Assembly (NCBI RefSeq): GCF_964204645.1
Contig: NC_134030.1
Location: forward strand, 19,552,210 to 19,616,209
Source of the DNA: Tubulanus polymorphus
Taxonomy: Eukaryota; Animalia; Nemertea
Direction: 5' to 3'
Length of the DNA stretch: 64,000 nt
The notes under the pieces are model-generated. The model was not told the origin of the DNA. It made no database searches and saw only the letters and a list, made by a program, of their open reading frames with translations. Below are positions 1 to 15,270 of the stretch, in pieces; within the stretch, counting starts at the first letter, position 1; each line of letters opens with the position of its first letter. The translations under genes were made by a program, and so were the position numbers.

Positions 1-2474
<2,474 letters not shown>

Positions 2475-2665
2475 ATTGAAGTCAATATTTTCGTTTATCT
2501 ATCACTGATAAAAATAAATATATAGAAGGCATAGTTTTAGCTTTAATCATAAAACAATTTCGTGTCGATAAAGATCTGCTTGCAGTGGTTTCTGAAAAAT
2601 ATAGCAATACAGCTATACGTACAAAAAAACGGTACTTCAAATTCCAACATCAGCAGTGATATTTT

Positions 2666-3010
2666 ACTTACGGTTTCTGGCGGCGAAGTTCACAATATGT
2701 TCAATAATCATTCGAAAATATAATAATATAGGCGCGGTATAGATTTTGCTTAGAAAGAAATTGTATAAAGTGCAAACATGAACTGAAATGCTTTCCAGCC
2801 ACTTGATATTAAAAATCATTGCCAACGTGCAGTCGAACCAATAAGCGATTTACAGTATTTGACTCCAATTGGTTTTGTTCTTTATTTCATATTCAAATGT
2901 ATTTTGTATGATCTTTTATAATCTGATCGTTGATAAAGAAATAACAGAGGTTCCAAAGGCAAGTTCTATATTGGGTGATTATTCAATTATATTTAACGTG
3001 TCAATCTGAG
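2666..3010 (-). promoter_or_regulatory. Shared upstream module (putative promoter plus non-coding exon 1) of lectin paralog 1
   Basis: GTAAGT donor at 2671-2666 on the minus strand. The block is homologous to 6804-7150, 14917-15270 and (inverted) 17480-17851. An AG acceptor precedes the ATG exon near 2506. Confidence 0.6.
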
Positions 3011-3089
3011 AACTCAATGGAAAATGAAAACACCGGGTATCTAAAATGTCAGCACACTTCACGGTATTTCCCCCACAAAAGACATTTTC

Positions 3090-3600
3090 AATCAAGAACT
3101 GATCGTCCACACTTCACATGTGGTCAGAACTTCACCTGAGATATTTCTAATCGAAAATGAACTACAGACACCAGACATTAGACATTTTATCAGCACACTT
3201 TCAAAAACTGATCGTCCACACTTCGCATGTGTTCAGTGCTTCACCTGAGACATTTTTAATTGAAAATGAACTACAAACAGCAGGCATTAGACATTTTATC
3301 AGCGCACTTTCAAAAACTGATCGTCCACACTTCACATGTGTCCAGAACTTCACCTGAGACATTTCTAATTGAACTACAAACACCAGATATTAGACATTTT
3401 ATCAGCACACTTTCAAAAACTGCTCGTCCACACATTACATGTGTTCAGTGATTCATCTGAGACATTTTAATTGCAAATGAAATGAACCCCAAACACCATA
3501 CATATTAAGATATTTTATTAGCACACTTCGACAAAAATCCAAAACCTGGTCATCTACACTAAACACACGTGTTCAGAACTTCACGTGAGAGACATTCATA
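3090..3600. repeat. ~95-100 bp tandem repeat, about 5 units
   Basis: Unit approx. AACTGATCGTCCACACTTCACATGTGTTCAG..CTTCACCTGAGACATTT..AATTGAAAATGAACTACAAACACCAGACATTAGACATTTTATCAGCACACTTTCAA. Confidence 0.95.
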
Positions 3601-4665
3601 ATTGAAATCAAGCGAATAAATGAGTGTGGGAACAGATGGGAACACAATACAAGGAGCACGTGCTTCCGTCTCAATTTCCCCGAGGTCTTTTGAAAATACA
3701 ACTCGGCAATATTTTTCAGGGCATTTTTTTCTACAAGCAACCAGACACCAGTCCACAGCACAACGTAGCTCATATCTGTTGAATGTGTGTAAATCGCATG
3801 AAAATGCACTGAAATTCCAGAATTTGCCAGACCCTTGTTTCGGTCGCGTGGATACTAACATGCCCTTTTTATTTCTTTCTGCTTCTGCCACGAGTCTGCT
3901 GCTGGATCCATCCATGTGAGCACACGAGCAACGGATGTTCAAAGTCTTATGATTGGTCAGCATACTATCAAAGTTAATCGTTCACAAACTCGTGACGAAA
4001 GTTTGAAAGTCTACGGATTGGTAAATACGTCAAACTGTATTATACGTTACAGTAATTAAGTACGTGGTCCACATTGTTATGGGAATGAAAGTTATTCCAA
4101 AATTGTATTCCAGCCGCTATAGGTTGTAAAAAATATCTCAATGGTGAAAACATGTGTTCTGAAAGCAGACCGGAGTGGGGCTTTTTCGTACCTGATTCGA
4201 GCAAATATCATACGTCAGCCGTTTTATCGAGGTCAAATAAATCGATTATAAGTAGTTTATCGGGCTTGTTCGATCGGCTTGCACTTAACGTTAATCAAAA
4301 AAAGAAAATATCTAAGCCATGTGCATTATATACATTACATATCCGAGAATAAAAGCAAGTGCTTTTTAAAAACCCATTTAATAGTCAGTCTGCAATATAC
4401 TTTACCACCAATATTCAAAACTGGCATCGACAACAGCTGCTCCAAGGTCGCGATATAAAAACGCTCAAAACACACGTTCGATCGCGGCTTTTGTGTCGGC
4501 GCATAGGGAAAAACAGGCGAGTCAAGGCCGGACCCACTAATAGTACATAGAATGAAAAACAGGTCCCACGTTGCCAGAGGGAAGGTGATCAATAACGTTC
4601 TATTAAACATTTAAATGCTATCTTGAATACATATAGCGTCATAAGGCGCGGAGGAAGTGCTCCTA

Positions 4666-4712
4666 TTATTCCTGAAGATGACTATTAGGATATAGTCGAA
4701 ACGTTGAAATAA
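4666..4712 (+). ncRNA. Minimal type I hammerhead ribozyme motif (Penelope-like terminal repeat)
   Basis: ttattc-CTGAAGA-T-GACTAT(taggat)ATAGTC-GAAA-CG-TT-gaaataa: intact core boxes, 6-bp stem II, palindromic ACGT in place of stem III, and stem I with one bulge. Confidence 0.7.
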
Positions 4713-5131
4713 ACTACTATCTCGAAGTTTCATTTTCGGACTTTTTATTATCATTGTGGGATTCTCTCCTCATCGCGTCTACACGGATATAGTGTTCTAC
4801 CAATCGTGTTCCTAAATGATTTCAACTAATATACCAGTTGCCCACTCAGACTTTGAATGTAAAATCCGAGAGGCGTTGTTTATAAAATTAGATAGTCCTT
4901 AAACTTACAATTGTTTCAAAATGGATCCTCATTCATTTTAAATGTATTTCGTTAATCTGGCCTGTCCTGGTTGTTGAAAGGTTATATTATGTAACCTTCT
5001 GCTATTTTAAGCACCACTGTTGACCTGTTTCTGTAAACTTATATCTTAATGTACCGCAGTTTTGCATCATTTGTAACTTGTCTTGAGAAGGGGTATATGT
5101 TAACCCGAAAACGTTCGACTTATTCAACATG

Positions 5132-5245
<114 letters not shown>

Positions 5246-5331
5246 TCGAATAGCAATACAGATTAATGTGTTCAATATTCAATCGTCTTTATTGAGGCTC
5301 TCAATCGATGAACATCGAATTTGTCGCATGA

Positions 5332-6434
5332 TTAGACATTTGAAGTAGCGTATACAGAGTTCCTCAATGTGCCTCCACATTTTGCCATTGTGTTTCCTAC
5401 GCATTTTACATTGCATTGAGATTCCTTTGCTGTACCATGCTTGCCAACACGGTTATTGCAGAAACATTGCCAACCGGTCTGAAGTCCAGCGAATCTGAAT
5501 CCTTAAAAGACACGATCTGATTAAGTGAATGGAATTATTACGATTTCGTATGTTACGTCAGGATCCCGCCTAGGACTAACCGCCAGAGAAGACTAACTGG
5601 AGAAGACGCATATCTCTTCATAGGACAGGCTGTGGCCTATCTAGGAAACCCCGCAGTTTTGGAACATGGTTCCCACAAACGGGTACATTTGATAACAGGA
5701 TTTGTATAACTCATTAAGAATCAGCGGTAGTTTCTTATACGAAGCGAATGTGCAAAGCAAAAAGTAAAATATCGTACCAACCTTTACGTTTACAAATCCG
5801 CTTGCATTTCTCGACAGTCATGCCTGTTCTATCACCAGCCTTACTCGGTATCATATCTCTGGCTGTCTGACTGTCTTTAAAACATCCGACGTAATTTCGA
5901 CATCCTGCAAAAAGAAAAAAAAAACGTCGGCAAAAACTCTCCATTAGATAGTATATGTTGATAGTCGGCTCAAATACTAATCATTCAATTAAACAGTTGC
6001 GCGACACGCCACTAGTCCGACAGGCTCGCATCCTATCATTTCAATCGTGGCGGAATTTTACACCAGGTATGAAAACGTTTACAGACTGTTAAGAAATGGC
6101 GAAAAGCGTTGTAGGTTCGTTTAGAAAGAAATGTTTTCAGGTTTCTGATAAGGTTTGTGCTGCAGTACTAGATCTAGTATGACTAGGCTGAACAAAGTGC
6201 AGGAGCATTAAGATTGTGTCGAATGAGATATTTCAGAAATAAATTTTAATGGTTCGTCGGATTTGTGGGATGTCGAAAAATCGGGGTGTCGGACTAGTGG
6301 GGTGTAACCACACTGCAGAAATATATATTTCTAAAACGTGAACTCGCGTGTACACATTCAATGAATAACGTACCTTCGATAACACTAATCACCACAATCA
6401 AGGCCAAGGCGATCAAGAGAGTTTTAGTAAGCAT
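5332..6434 (-). CDS. Small secreted single-WSC-domain protein, 117 aa
   Basis: Exons 6434-6374 (MLTKTLLIALALIVVISVIE), 5904-5782 (GCRNYVGCFKDSQTARDMIPSKAGDRTGMTVEKCKRICKRK) and 5501-5332 (GFRFAGLQTGWQCFCNNRVGKHGTAKESQCNVKCVGNTMAKCGGTLRNSVYATSNV*). All junctions are GT-AG, phase 1 and in frame. WSC pattern YxGC..MT..C...C..FAGLQ.G.QCFC..C...C.G....CGG....SVY is present, with AATAAA at 5293-5288. Confidence 0.92.
6000..6309. mobile_element. MITE-like element in a WSC gene intron
   Basis: Inverted ends ACACGCCACTAGTCCGACA ... TGTCGGACTAGTGGGGTGT with subterminal repeats. Confidence 0.6.
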
Positions 6435-6803
6435 TCTGAAAGCAAAGGAAAAATTTCCATCTTTCCATCAGTTAGAATAAATGAGACTGCAGATAAATGA
6501 GTTACACACAACCGCGTATTACGTGACAACTGAGACATTTTCATGCGTTTTTCCCCATCTAATAATTAACTTTACCTATGTTTTCAGCTACACAACAATA
6601 ATCCACCGATCGTGATCAGTTTTATAGTCTTCCGGTGTGTTTAATCTAAGCGGCTATAAAAAAATGGAATAACCATTGAACGAGTTGCAATACTCGATTT
6701 GAATATAACATTTTTGAAAAAATAATTAGATAGCACGATGACGGCGATTTGTAAGCGATTAAAACACTTTGGTAGAAAGTCATTTATTCTCAGGTGTTAT
6801 CCT

Positions 6804-7150
6804 ACTTACCGTTTCTGGCAGCGAATTTCACAATGTGTTCACTGATCATTCGGGAATATGATAATATAGGCGCGGTATCGATTTTGCTTAGAGAGAAAAT
6901 AGTTTCGAGTGCAAACATGAATGAAAATGATTTTCAGCCACTTGATTTTAAAAATTGTTACCAACGTGCGACCTAAACGAGCGATTTACTTCGTTTGTCT
7001 CATTTGATATTATTTCATATTTAGTATTTAAATGCATATCTTGCCGTATGATTTTTTATACTTTGATTGTTGATGAGGAGTGATTACAAAGACTAGTTTC
7101 ATTCGGGGAAGTAATTTATTGAACGTTCCAATTTGCTGCCTGAGACCAAA
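6804..7150 (-). promoter_or_regulatory. Lectin-type upstream module (putative promoter plus non-coding exon 1) in front of the WSC gene
   Basis: GTAAGT donor at 6809-6804. The sequence aligns by eye with 2666-3010 and 14917-15270. Confidence 0.6.
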
Positions 7151-8090
7151 CGTTCAATTCTTCCCATTTTTGCAACACTCATACTCGATACTTCACCTGT
7201 ATTCTGCACAATACTTGTATAATTTCTAATTAAGGGTGAATTACAACCACCGGGCATTAGACATTTTATCAGCACACTTTCAATAAACGATCTTCCACAC
7301 TTCATATGTGCTCAGGACTTCACCTGAGACATTTTTAAATGGAAATGAACTACAAACACCAGACGTAAGACACTTTATCGGCACACTTTCAAAAACTGAT
7401 CGTCAACACTTCACGTGTGTTCAGTGCTTCACCTGAGACATTCTTAATTGAAAATAAACTACAAACACCAGACATTAGACATTTTATCAGCACACTTTCA
7501 AAAACTGATCGTCAACACTTCACATGTGTTCAGTGCTTCACCTGAGACATTTCTAATTGAAATGAACTACAAACACCAGACATTAGACATTTCAAAAACT
7601 GATCGTCCACACTTCACATGTGTTCAGTGCTTCACCTGAGACATTTCTAATTGAAATGAACTACAAACACCAGATATCAGACATTTTGGGGAAGTAATCT
7701 ATTGAACGACGTGTCAATTTGCTACCTGAGATCAGGCGTTCAATTCTTCCCATGTTTGCAACACTCATACTCAATACTTCATCTGTATTCTGAACTACTT
7801 GTATAATTTCTAATTGGGGATGAATTACAACCACCGGACATTAGACATTTTATCAGCACACTTTTAAAAACTGATCGTCCACACTTCACATGTGTTCATA
7901 ACTTCACCCGAGACATTTTCAATTGAAAATGACTACAAACACCAGACATAAGACATTTTATCAGCACACTTTCAAAAAACGATCTTCCACACTTCGCATG
8001 TGCTCAGGACTTCACTTCAGAAATTTTTAAATGGAAATGAACTACAAACACCAGATATTAGACATTTTATCAGCATACTTTTAAGAACTG
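7105..8090. repeat. Same ~95-100 bp tandem repeat family with a higher-order ~585 bp duplication
   Basis: Units match 3090-3600. The block starting GGGGAAGTAAT at ~7105 recurs at ~7688. Confidence 0.9.
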
Positions 8091-9506
8091 ATTGTGTACA
8101 GTTGAACGGAACTTCTTAAACTGAAATTGAGCGAATAATTAGGTACACAAACGCAAGACAATATGCTGATTTGTCAGCATACGTTCAATGATAAACCGCC
8201 CACAAATTCATGACACGGAAGTTTGAGAGTCGACGGATAAGTAGCTAGTACGTTTAACTCGGTTATGGTTTGTAGTAATAGCCGGCATTGTTTTGAGAAC
8301 GAAAATGGTTGCAAAATTATATTGCAGCAGCTAGTTTATCGCAACAAAGAAAATATATAAAACAGGTGAAAACATGTGCCCCGAATGCAAACGTGAGTGG
8401 AGCTTCTCAGTACTTGATTCGAGCAAATACTTTGCGGCAGCCGTTAACTCGAGGTCAGTTTTAATCAATTATTGGTAGTTAACTGGGCTACAGATTATTG
8501 ATATGTCCAATCAGCTCTCGCGTTGAATAGAATAGCCTGTCCGTAGACCAGTTTACTACCAACAATTGATTTAACCCGGAATCGACAACATCTACCCCGA
8601 GGACCGAAATCAAAAACGCTCAAACACGCTCGTGTGATTGCTGTTCTGAAGGTGTATAGCAAATGTCAGTTGATTCGAGACGCGTAGGACAGGAGCCCCA
8701 GAATAGTGCCTGGAATGGAAGATGCCATAGTTCTACAAATAGACTGTTCAAGCGATGAAACCAAACCCCCAAATCAAACATCCGAAAACCCGTACCCAAA
8801 CCAAAAAAGGTTGAACATTATATCTGAACAGCAGAAGTAATGAGGCAATATTTGAGAATATTAGGTACAGCCCTATGGGACTAAAATTCCCTAATCGCTC
8901 ATAGATGAAAATATATAATGTACAAGGAAGGGAGTGTAAGCTTAACCTGACCAGAGGGAAGGAAAAGCAACCCCTAAGTAGGACACCCGGGACTGTCTGC
9001 GGTAACCTCGCCAGGGGGCAGGAAAAGCAACCCCGTGCTTCCAAAACTACCCATGGGAAGCTTAAACAAAATCATTGAAAATAAAATCCGCACAAACAAA
9101 CGCCGCGGTAATAAATGTAATATCAAAGTACCAAAACCACGTAACTAAAAAAGGAGTATACGTGCCCACATGACCGAAGCCATGGCGACGGACGCTAAAA
9201 GGCCCGCGGCAAGAGAGTTGGGTGCAATTAAAAACAACAGCAACAAATAGATGATATAATTTTATTATTAACTTTATTATCATTCGATTAGGTTTCACAC
9301 CCTCGAATCCTTTCAATTCGCATATATCCACATCGAACACGTGACGTGTGCTTTTTAAAACCTGAACGTAACGATTCTTTTATTCTTTTTTGTCTTAGTG
9401 ATTAAACTTCTAAGTAACTAACCGATACGGTAAAGGCGAAAAAACCACCAACTCGCGCGTTCACGGCCCTCCAGCCGATACAAAGGAAACAGACACACGG
9501 ACCTAA

Positions 9507-9725
9507 GGCTAAAAAAAATTGATACCTTGTTTCTCCGCTCTGCTGAGCTTAAATGTTGACCCGGCCGGCCGCCTATCTACCCTATACATTACTTTTTTTA
9601 AAATCGTGATCAATTTTACCATAACAGACCCGGCCGCTATAGAAATGAACTGTTTACAAATTTTATCATATTTTATAAAAATGACCCGGCCGCTGCGGAG
9701 AACAAGGTATCATTTTTGTTTAGCC
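9507..9725. mobile_element. PIF/Harbinger (Tourist-like) MITE
   Basis: TIRs GGCTAAAAAAAATTGATACCTTGTTTCTCCGC / GCGGAGAACAAGGTATCATTTTTGTTTAGCC, with TAA on both flanks (9504-9506 and 9726-9728). Internal GACCCGGCCG occurs three times. Confidence 0.8.
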
Positions 9726-10383
9726 TAAAAGATACACATCATCTGGTTCACAAAGTAGAGTCCATAGCACACATCTTTCTCAAAATTTACACAAAGATTT
9801 AAATCGGTAACACTCGCAGGTTTAAGACGTTACACATTGCGTCGTTTATTGGGTCGACATGAAGTACCCATACATCGTAATCAGGGTCCAAGATCGACGC
9901 TACTTTCGTCCGCAGATGGCAACCTTTGAACCGACTGAAATGGTCTGGAATGCACTCAAACCACGATGAATCCCTAATAGTTATACAGTCGTGTATAACG
10001 CTTCTAGCCAGGATTGATTCCACATTTAGTCGAAGGTCACCGCGCGCGATAAATTAGGTTCGCAGACACCGAATGGTATTGATTGACAAGCGTCGTAAGG
10101 AATATCTTAAAAGACACACTTATTGTACGGTGAAGGGAAATGCCGATTGCTATTTCTGCCGGTGTTTGTCGTCGGACAGTTAGTAATTCTAAGTTTAAAA
10201 TAGGACGGACAGTAGGCCTCAAACCATATAATCCACCAGGTTGGTGAGACTGTTATACTTATATCAGAATTCAACATTGTGTTCAAGAATCTGTACGTGT
10301 CACTGAAACGAACGGGTACGCGCTGACCTGATTTGGATATTTACGGAGCAATCCTCTTCTCGCCGAGACGAGGAGATACACAA

Positions 10384-10680
<297 letters not shown>

Positions 10681-11808
10681 CTTCAGGTATACCGTAGGTA
10701 TGCGGGAGTACGAAATACCTGAAGGGACATGCTACGAGCAAGTTGTCTATGCTGTGCCGGTGTTTGTACTCTGGCAGTTAGTAATTTCAAGTTAAAGATA
10801 GGTAAAAATAGGATGGAGAGTACAATAGTAGAACCTGCAATTTCAGCGTGTATTTTGATAAGAATCAACATTTCATTTTTTCCATTATCGAATCTGATAG
10901 AATATGAATTTTTTGTTGGAAAAAAGCGGTAAACGAATAATGATAATTTTTGATTTGTCAATTCAATCAAATTTCATTGATTAAGCAACCATCGAATCCG
11001 ATTATATTTTTAATTCTACATTCAAATCAACGAAACGACGGAGAAAAATAAATCGATTTGGAGAACGATCTTTCCTGCCACCTGCCTCTCAGCTCTGTGT
11101 TTCCTTAAAGAATGTGATTTTTCTTTGTTAGGCCTGATCATTTTTAAGCAGGAAAGTGTCGACGCATAAAACGAACATATTGCAATTCCATGCAGCGATT
11201 TATTTTACTCTCAAACCCATTACAGGTATTAGATACTACATGCTGACCTCAGTGCCCCCTAATGTTCTTGAGCTAAGTACTGAAGCCACGTTGGAAACAA
11301 TGAAGATTCCAATTCTAGAAAAACCTTAGAGTAGGAATTGTGGAGTAAGAAAATCAATCAAACTTGAAGCCTATCGCAGATAAAAAGACGACCGTATCGC
11401 CGTTATACAGAATAGTTTTATTTTTTATACCGAACAAAATGCGAATATGAGACAATATTCTAGCGAAAATCGTGTTAGATTTGAACGTTGAAAATACGCA
11501 GATTTTGGGAAAGTCGATGTACGATTAATTGATCATGCGCAGTGCATTGCCCCATAGAAGGGAGCTGCAGGCGTCGACAAAAGAACTTGATTTTCAATGT
11601 TCAAATCGAACTCAATTTGGATCATAAACTGGATCGGATGAATAAATTGGATGAATCCGCATTGGAGTACCGGCACGCAACAGATGGCGCATCAATACAC
11701 TGGGTTATTAATAGCAAAAGTTGGTTCATTTTGATGAGATTGTAACTGGATTTTTGGCTATCAAATCCGAAAATCACCAAACCTATGTACAAGTTATCGA
11801 ATTATGTA

Positions 11809-12027
11809 TGGTGGCTGATTCGGGCCATACTAAAAAAATTTTCTGTACGGCTAGAGCAACGATAACAAAAATTTCACAGTGGCCCTTCTTTGGTTTTCTC
11901 GCGCGAGAAAACCAAAAATTTTGAATTCTCGCGCGAGAAAACCAAAAAAAGAGCCACTGTGAAAATGTTTTATCGTTCCTCTAGCCGTACAGAAATTTTT
12001 TTTTAGTATGGCCCGAATCAGCCACCA
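11809..12027. mobile_element. Palindromic MITE with TA flanks, ~150 bp downstream of the EPS lectin stop
   Basis: TA|TGGTGGCTGATTCGGGCCATACT...AGTATGGCCCGAATCAGCCACCA|TA; about 100-bp arms. Confidence 0.85.
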
Positions 12028-12177
12028 TATATTGAAGCATGGAAACCGAGTAACCACTTTCGACACCTAGCGCATCCTCGGTCCTTGCTTGTCACACAGA
12101 AGCGTTGCCGGTACCCCTATTCAGTGAAGAATTGGTGGAAAGAATGTTAGTGAAGTTCATTTCATCCTTATTCACTT

Positions 12178-13547
12178 CTAACAGTCCTTCGAACAAATAG
12201 CCGGTAGTCTTCGGTTGCAAGCAATATCGTTCCAAAAACCTGCCCGTCGCTTCAACTCAACGCAACCTTCATATGAACCGTATTTACCACCATGTCCACT
12301 AGGTTCTCCAGGCGCCCATCTTTCAAAATCCTGCGGTGATATGAATAGATCAAATTTATAATTCCTTCCCCTGCCTCGCCTTAGCCCAGACATTTACTAT
12401 AAGCGAAAGGGTAGGCGAACTCCGTGACGTCACTATACATTTGCCTTTGCTATCTTCGAAATTGATTAGCGCCCTCACCGGTAGCGATAAACAATAGGTT
12501 TCCGGAAATTTGTTCGATTATATTAATCACTGCGAGCATTGGACATTACCCTTTTTCAAGATTTGGTATTAAGACTTAAACAAATTAATAAAGACGCTAA
12601 ATTGAGAATAGAGACTGGCAACCAGTCTACAACATCTATTGTTTATCGCCACAAGATTACTAACGGTGCCTGGCGGATATTTTAGGAGTCGGCCTTCCCG
12701 TTCGCCTATAGTTCTATGGCCCAGAGTACTGGTCGGCGTGCTCCCCCTTAGGACCATTAATGTTCAAGGCAAAGTCGAGGAAAATCGAGTTGTAGTGACG
12801 TTCACTCAGTAGGCAGACGTTAAATTTGAACAGATGTCAAGTTATCGTACGTTTACTGTCGAGAATTTACCGTAGTGAATTCGAATTCGAATGATGTGAA
12901 ATTTCTCTCAAAACCAAGCCAAGCGTATGAGATGCCAGCGGGTATCAATCCTGAAATAATGTCGATTTTGTGTCAGACACACTTATATCGCAAGCCCCCT
13001 CCTTCCCCATTCCATAAAACACGATATTTTATAGTTACTATAAGCGACGGTGTTTTCCTCCCTGCTATCGGTCTTGGCCAATTCCGAAGAAGCACAATGC
13101 TCGGATCGCAAGAGATACTCCGCAAAAAACTTGAAGCATTTGTTTTGTCCGGCTTGCGTCCAACCAGCATCACAAACACACGCTGAAACTGTATTGTATA
13201 GCAACTTGTCTCACATTTTCCTTACCTGGGGTAACTAGCCGGCAGTGATTTGTTTCCTTATGGTCAAAGCTCATCCACTGATCCACTCAACCCTTGCTTA
13301 CGTATGTTAAATTTCGATCATTAATTGTATATCTAATTCAGGCCTCTTCATTCCGAGTCAGAATAATTTGTGACAATGATAGTATTCCTAAAAGTGCATT
13401 CCGAATATCCCGCCTACGCCTCCCCCAAAACGCTGCCTGACAGTCATACTGATATATAACATGCTATATGGCCAACAAAATGAATTTGATATATCTACCT
13501 GTCGTTATAGAACAGACCAGTAACAGAGTCGATATGATCAGCTTCAT
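12178..13547 (-). CDS. Secreted C-type lectin, EPS/WND type, 143 aa (copy A)
   Basis: Exons 13547-13499, 13188-13039, 12950-12871 and 12330-12178, all GT-AG and in frame: MKLIISTLLLVCSITTVSACVCDAGWTQAGQNKCFKFFAEYLLRSEHCASSELAKTDSREENTVAYRLIPAGISYAWLGFERNFTSFEFEFTTDFERWAPGEPSGHGGKYGSYEGCVELKRRAGFWNDIACNRRLPAICSKDC*. Confidence 0.92.
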
Positions 13548-13741
13548 ATTTAAGCAAATAGTTTCCTTTATTTTATACCTGATAAAACAAAGAATAGAAT
13601 GTGTATTATTTTACAACTCTTGAATAAGTTTTGCTAGAAGTGCCTTTTGTAATCATCAGAAGGTCGTTGTCGAGAAAGATCTACTTTCAGTGGTTATCGA
13701 GAAATATCATGCTCGCTTGTCAAAGGTCCGGTATCGCTCCC

Positions 13742-14003
13742 AAACTCGCTTCCACCAGACCCCTTGGCCTCACGACGCGTGATTTCATTACTCGCGCTTT
13801 TGCGCATGACTTCATTATATCGATTTGCAAAATACTTTTTTGTTCGGTAAAACGTTCGCTGATTGGTCCATTTCACGGGAATTCCAACAGAAGCCTAATG
13901 TCGTTTGTTACAAGCGCTGTGATTAGTACGACCGGATTCTGGTTGGCCAGTAACGACGCTAACGACTCGTGAGGTCAAGGTGTTCGGGGAACAACTTGAG
14001 CTT
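13742..14003. mobile_element. Degenerate MITE-like insertion
   Basis: Imperfect inverted ends including CCTTGGCCTCACGA / TCGTGAGGTCAAGG. It interrupts the homology with the paralog 1 intron. Copy at ~48064-48325. Confidence 0.5.
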
Positions 14004-14114
14004 AGTGGGTTCGAATCCCTTGACGGGTGAAGAGGGAGAAATGTAGGCATATCAGGAGTGTAATGTATGAAATGTAAATATTCAGCGAGATTGTGAATCA
14101 TTCGGAAAAACTAT

Positions 14115-14376
14115 AGCCGCGATCACACGAGCATTTTTGCCAAATTTGGCCCGGAACAACTGTTCACACGGGTGCCAAATGGCTCCGTGTCTGTTTGGCC
14201 CGACCAAAAACGTCGGACCAGGCCTGAGCGACTCAATGTTTGTTAGAGAATTGTTTAGTATTGAGTGAGTGATTTTCGTGAGAACGTGCTCTCTAATTAG
14301 GCACGGGCCAAATTTGGCGCGAGCCTGATCCGTGCCAATTTGGCCCGGATCAAATCGTCTCCGCGTGATCGCGGCT
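14115..14376. mobile_element. MITE with Harbinger-like ends
   Basis: TIRs AGCCGCGATCACACG / CGCGTGATCGCGGCT and internal AATTTGGCCCGG repeats. Copy at 48437-48698. Confidence 0.75.
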
Positions 14377-14916
14377 AATGGATAAAGTCATTGGGGATGT
14401 TAGAAATTTATCAATGGGTTTTTACTTTGCATCGAAAACCCGATCCTTTTGGGAAACTACCTACTAAGTTCTCGTAACCATCATTTTGTTTGATACATAA
14501 ATTACATAGAAGAAATAAAAGATCTGCACACGTTATCCAACAGCAAAACGGTACTTCATTTATGGACGGTGTTTTTAGTAAATAATGAGATGGACAGTAT
14601 TCTAAATATACCAATATAAGCAAATACTAATTTTATTTGCAGCAAGGCGGTCGAATTTAGTGGGTAAGAAGTTCGTATCAGTTTGCTTTCCGTGGACAAG
14701 ACCCGGGCGTAATTCTACTGTCACTTCCAAATCGTAATACACTGACCCCAAGAGCAATCGAACTCGATTCTTTTTCTATGTTGAGCAGTGAATAAATACA
14801 GATTGATAGATTGAATCAGATTGATATTTCACTTTCGACCACAATGATAACCCGATAGATAGCAAGCGATTCAAAGATTCTTTTTGAAAATCCTACCTTG
14901 TCCGGTCCTTTATTTT

Positions 14917-15270
14917 GCTTACCGTTTGCGGCAGTTAATTTCGCAATATGTTCAATGGTCATTCGGAAATATGATAATATAAGCGCGGTATCGATTTTAT
15001 CTAGCTAGAAAATTGTAACGAGTGCAAACATGAACTAAAATGCTTTTCAGCTGCTTGATTTTAAAGGTTATTACCGGCGCGCGACCCAAACAATAAGCGA
15101 TTTACTTCATTTGTCTCATTTGATATAATTTCATATTTAGTATTCAATTGCATAGTCTTGGTCTTTTAAAATTGTATCATTGATAAAGAAATGACAGAGA
15201 TTTCAAATACTAGTTTCTTTTGGGGAATTATTCGATTATAGAACGTGTCAATTTACTGCCTGAGATCAGA
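14917..15270 (-). promoter_or_regulatory. Shared upstream module of the EPS lectin
   Basis: GTAAGC donor at 14922-14917; homologous to 2666-3010 and 6804-7150. Confidence 0.6.

Noticed and set aside
3157-3451. Short ORFs in the ~97-bp repeat, also at 7099-7639
   Set aside because: Unit lengths vary and break frame; non-coding tandem repeat.
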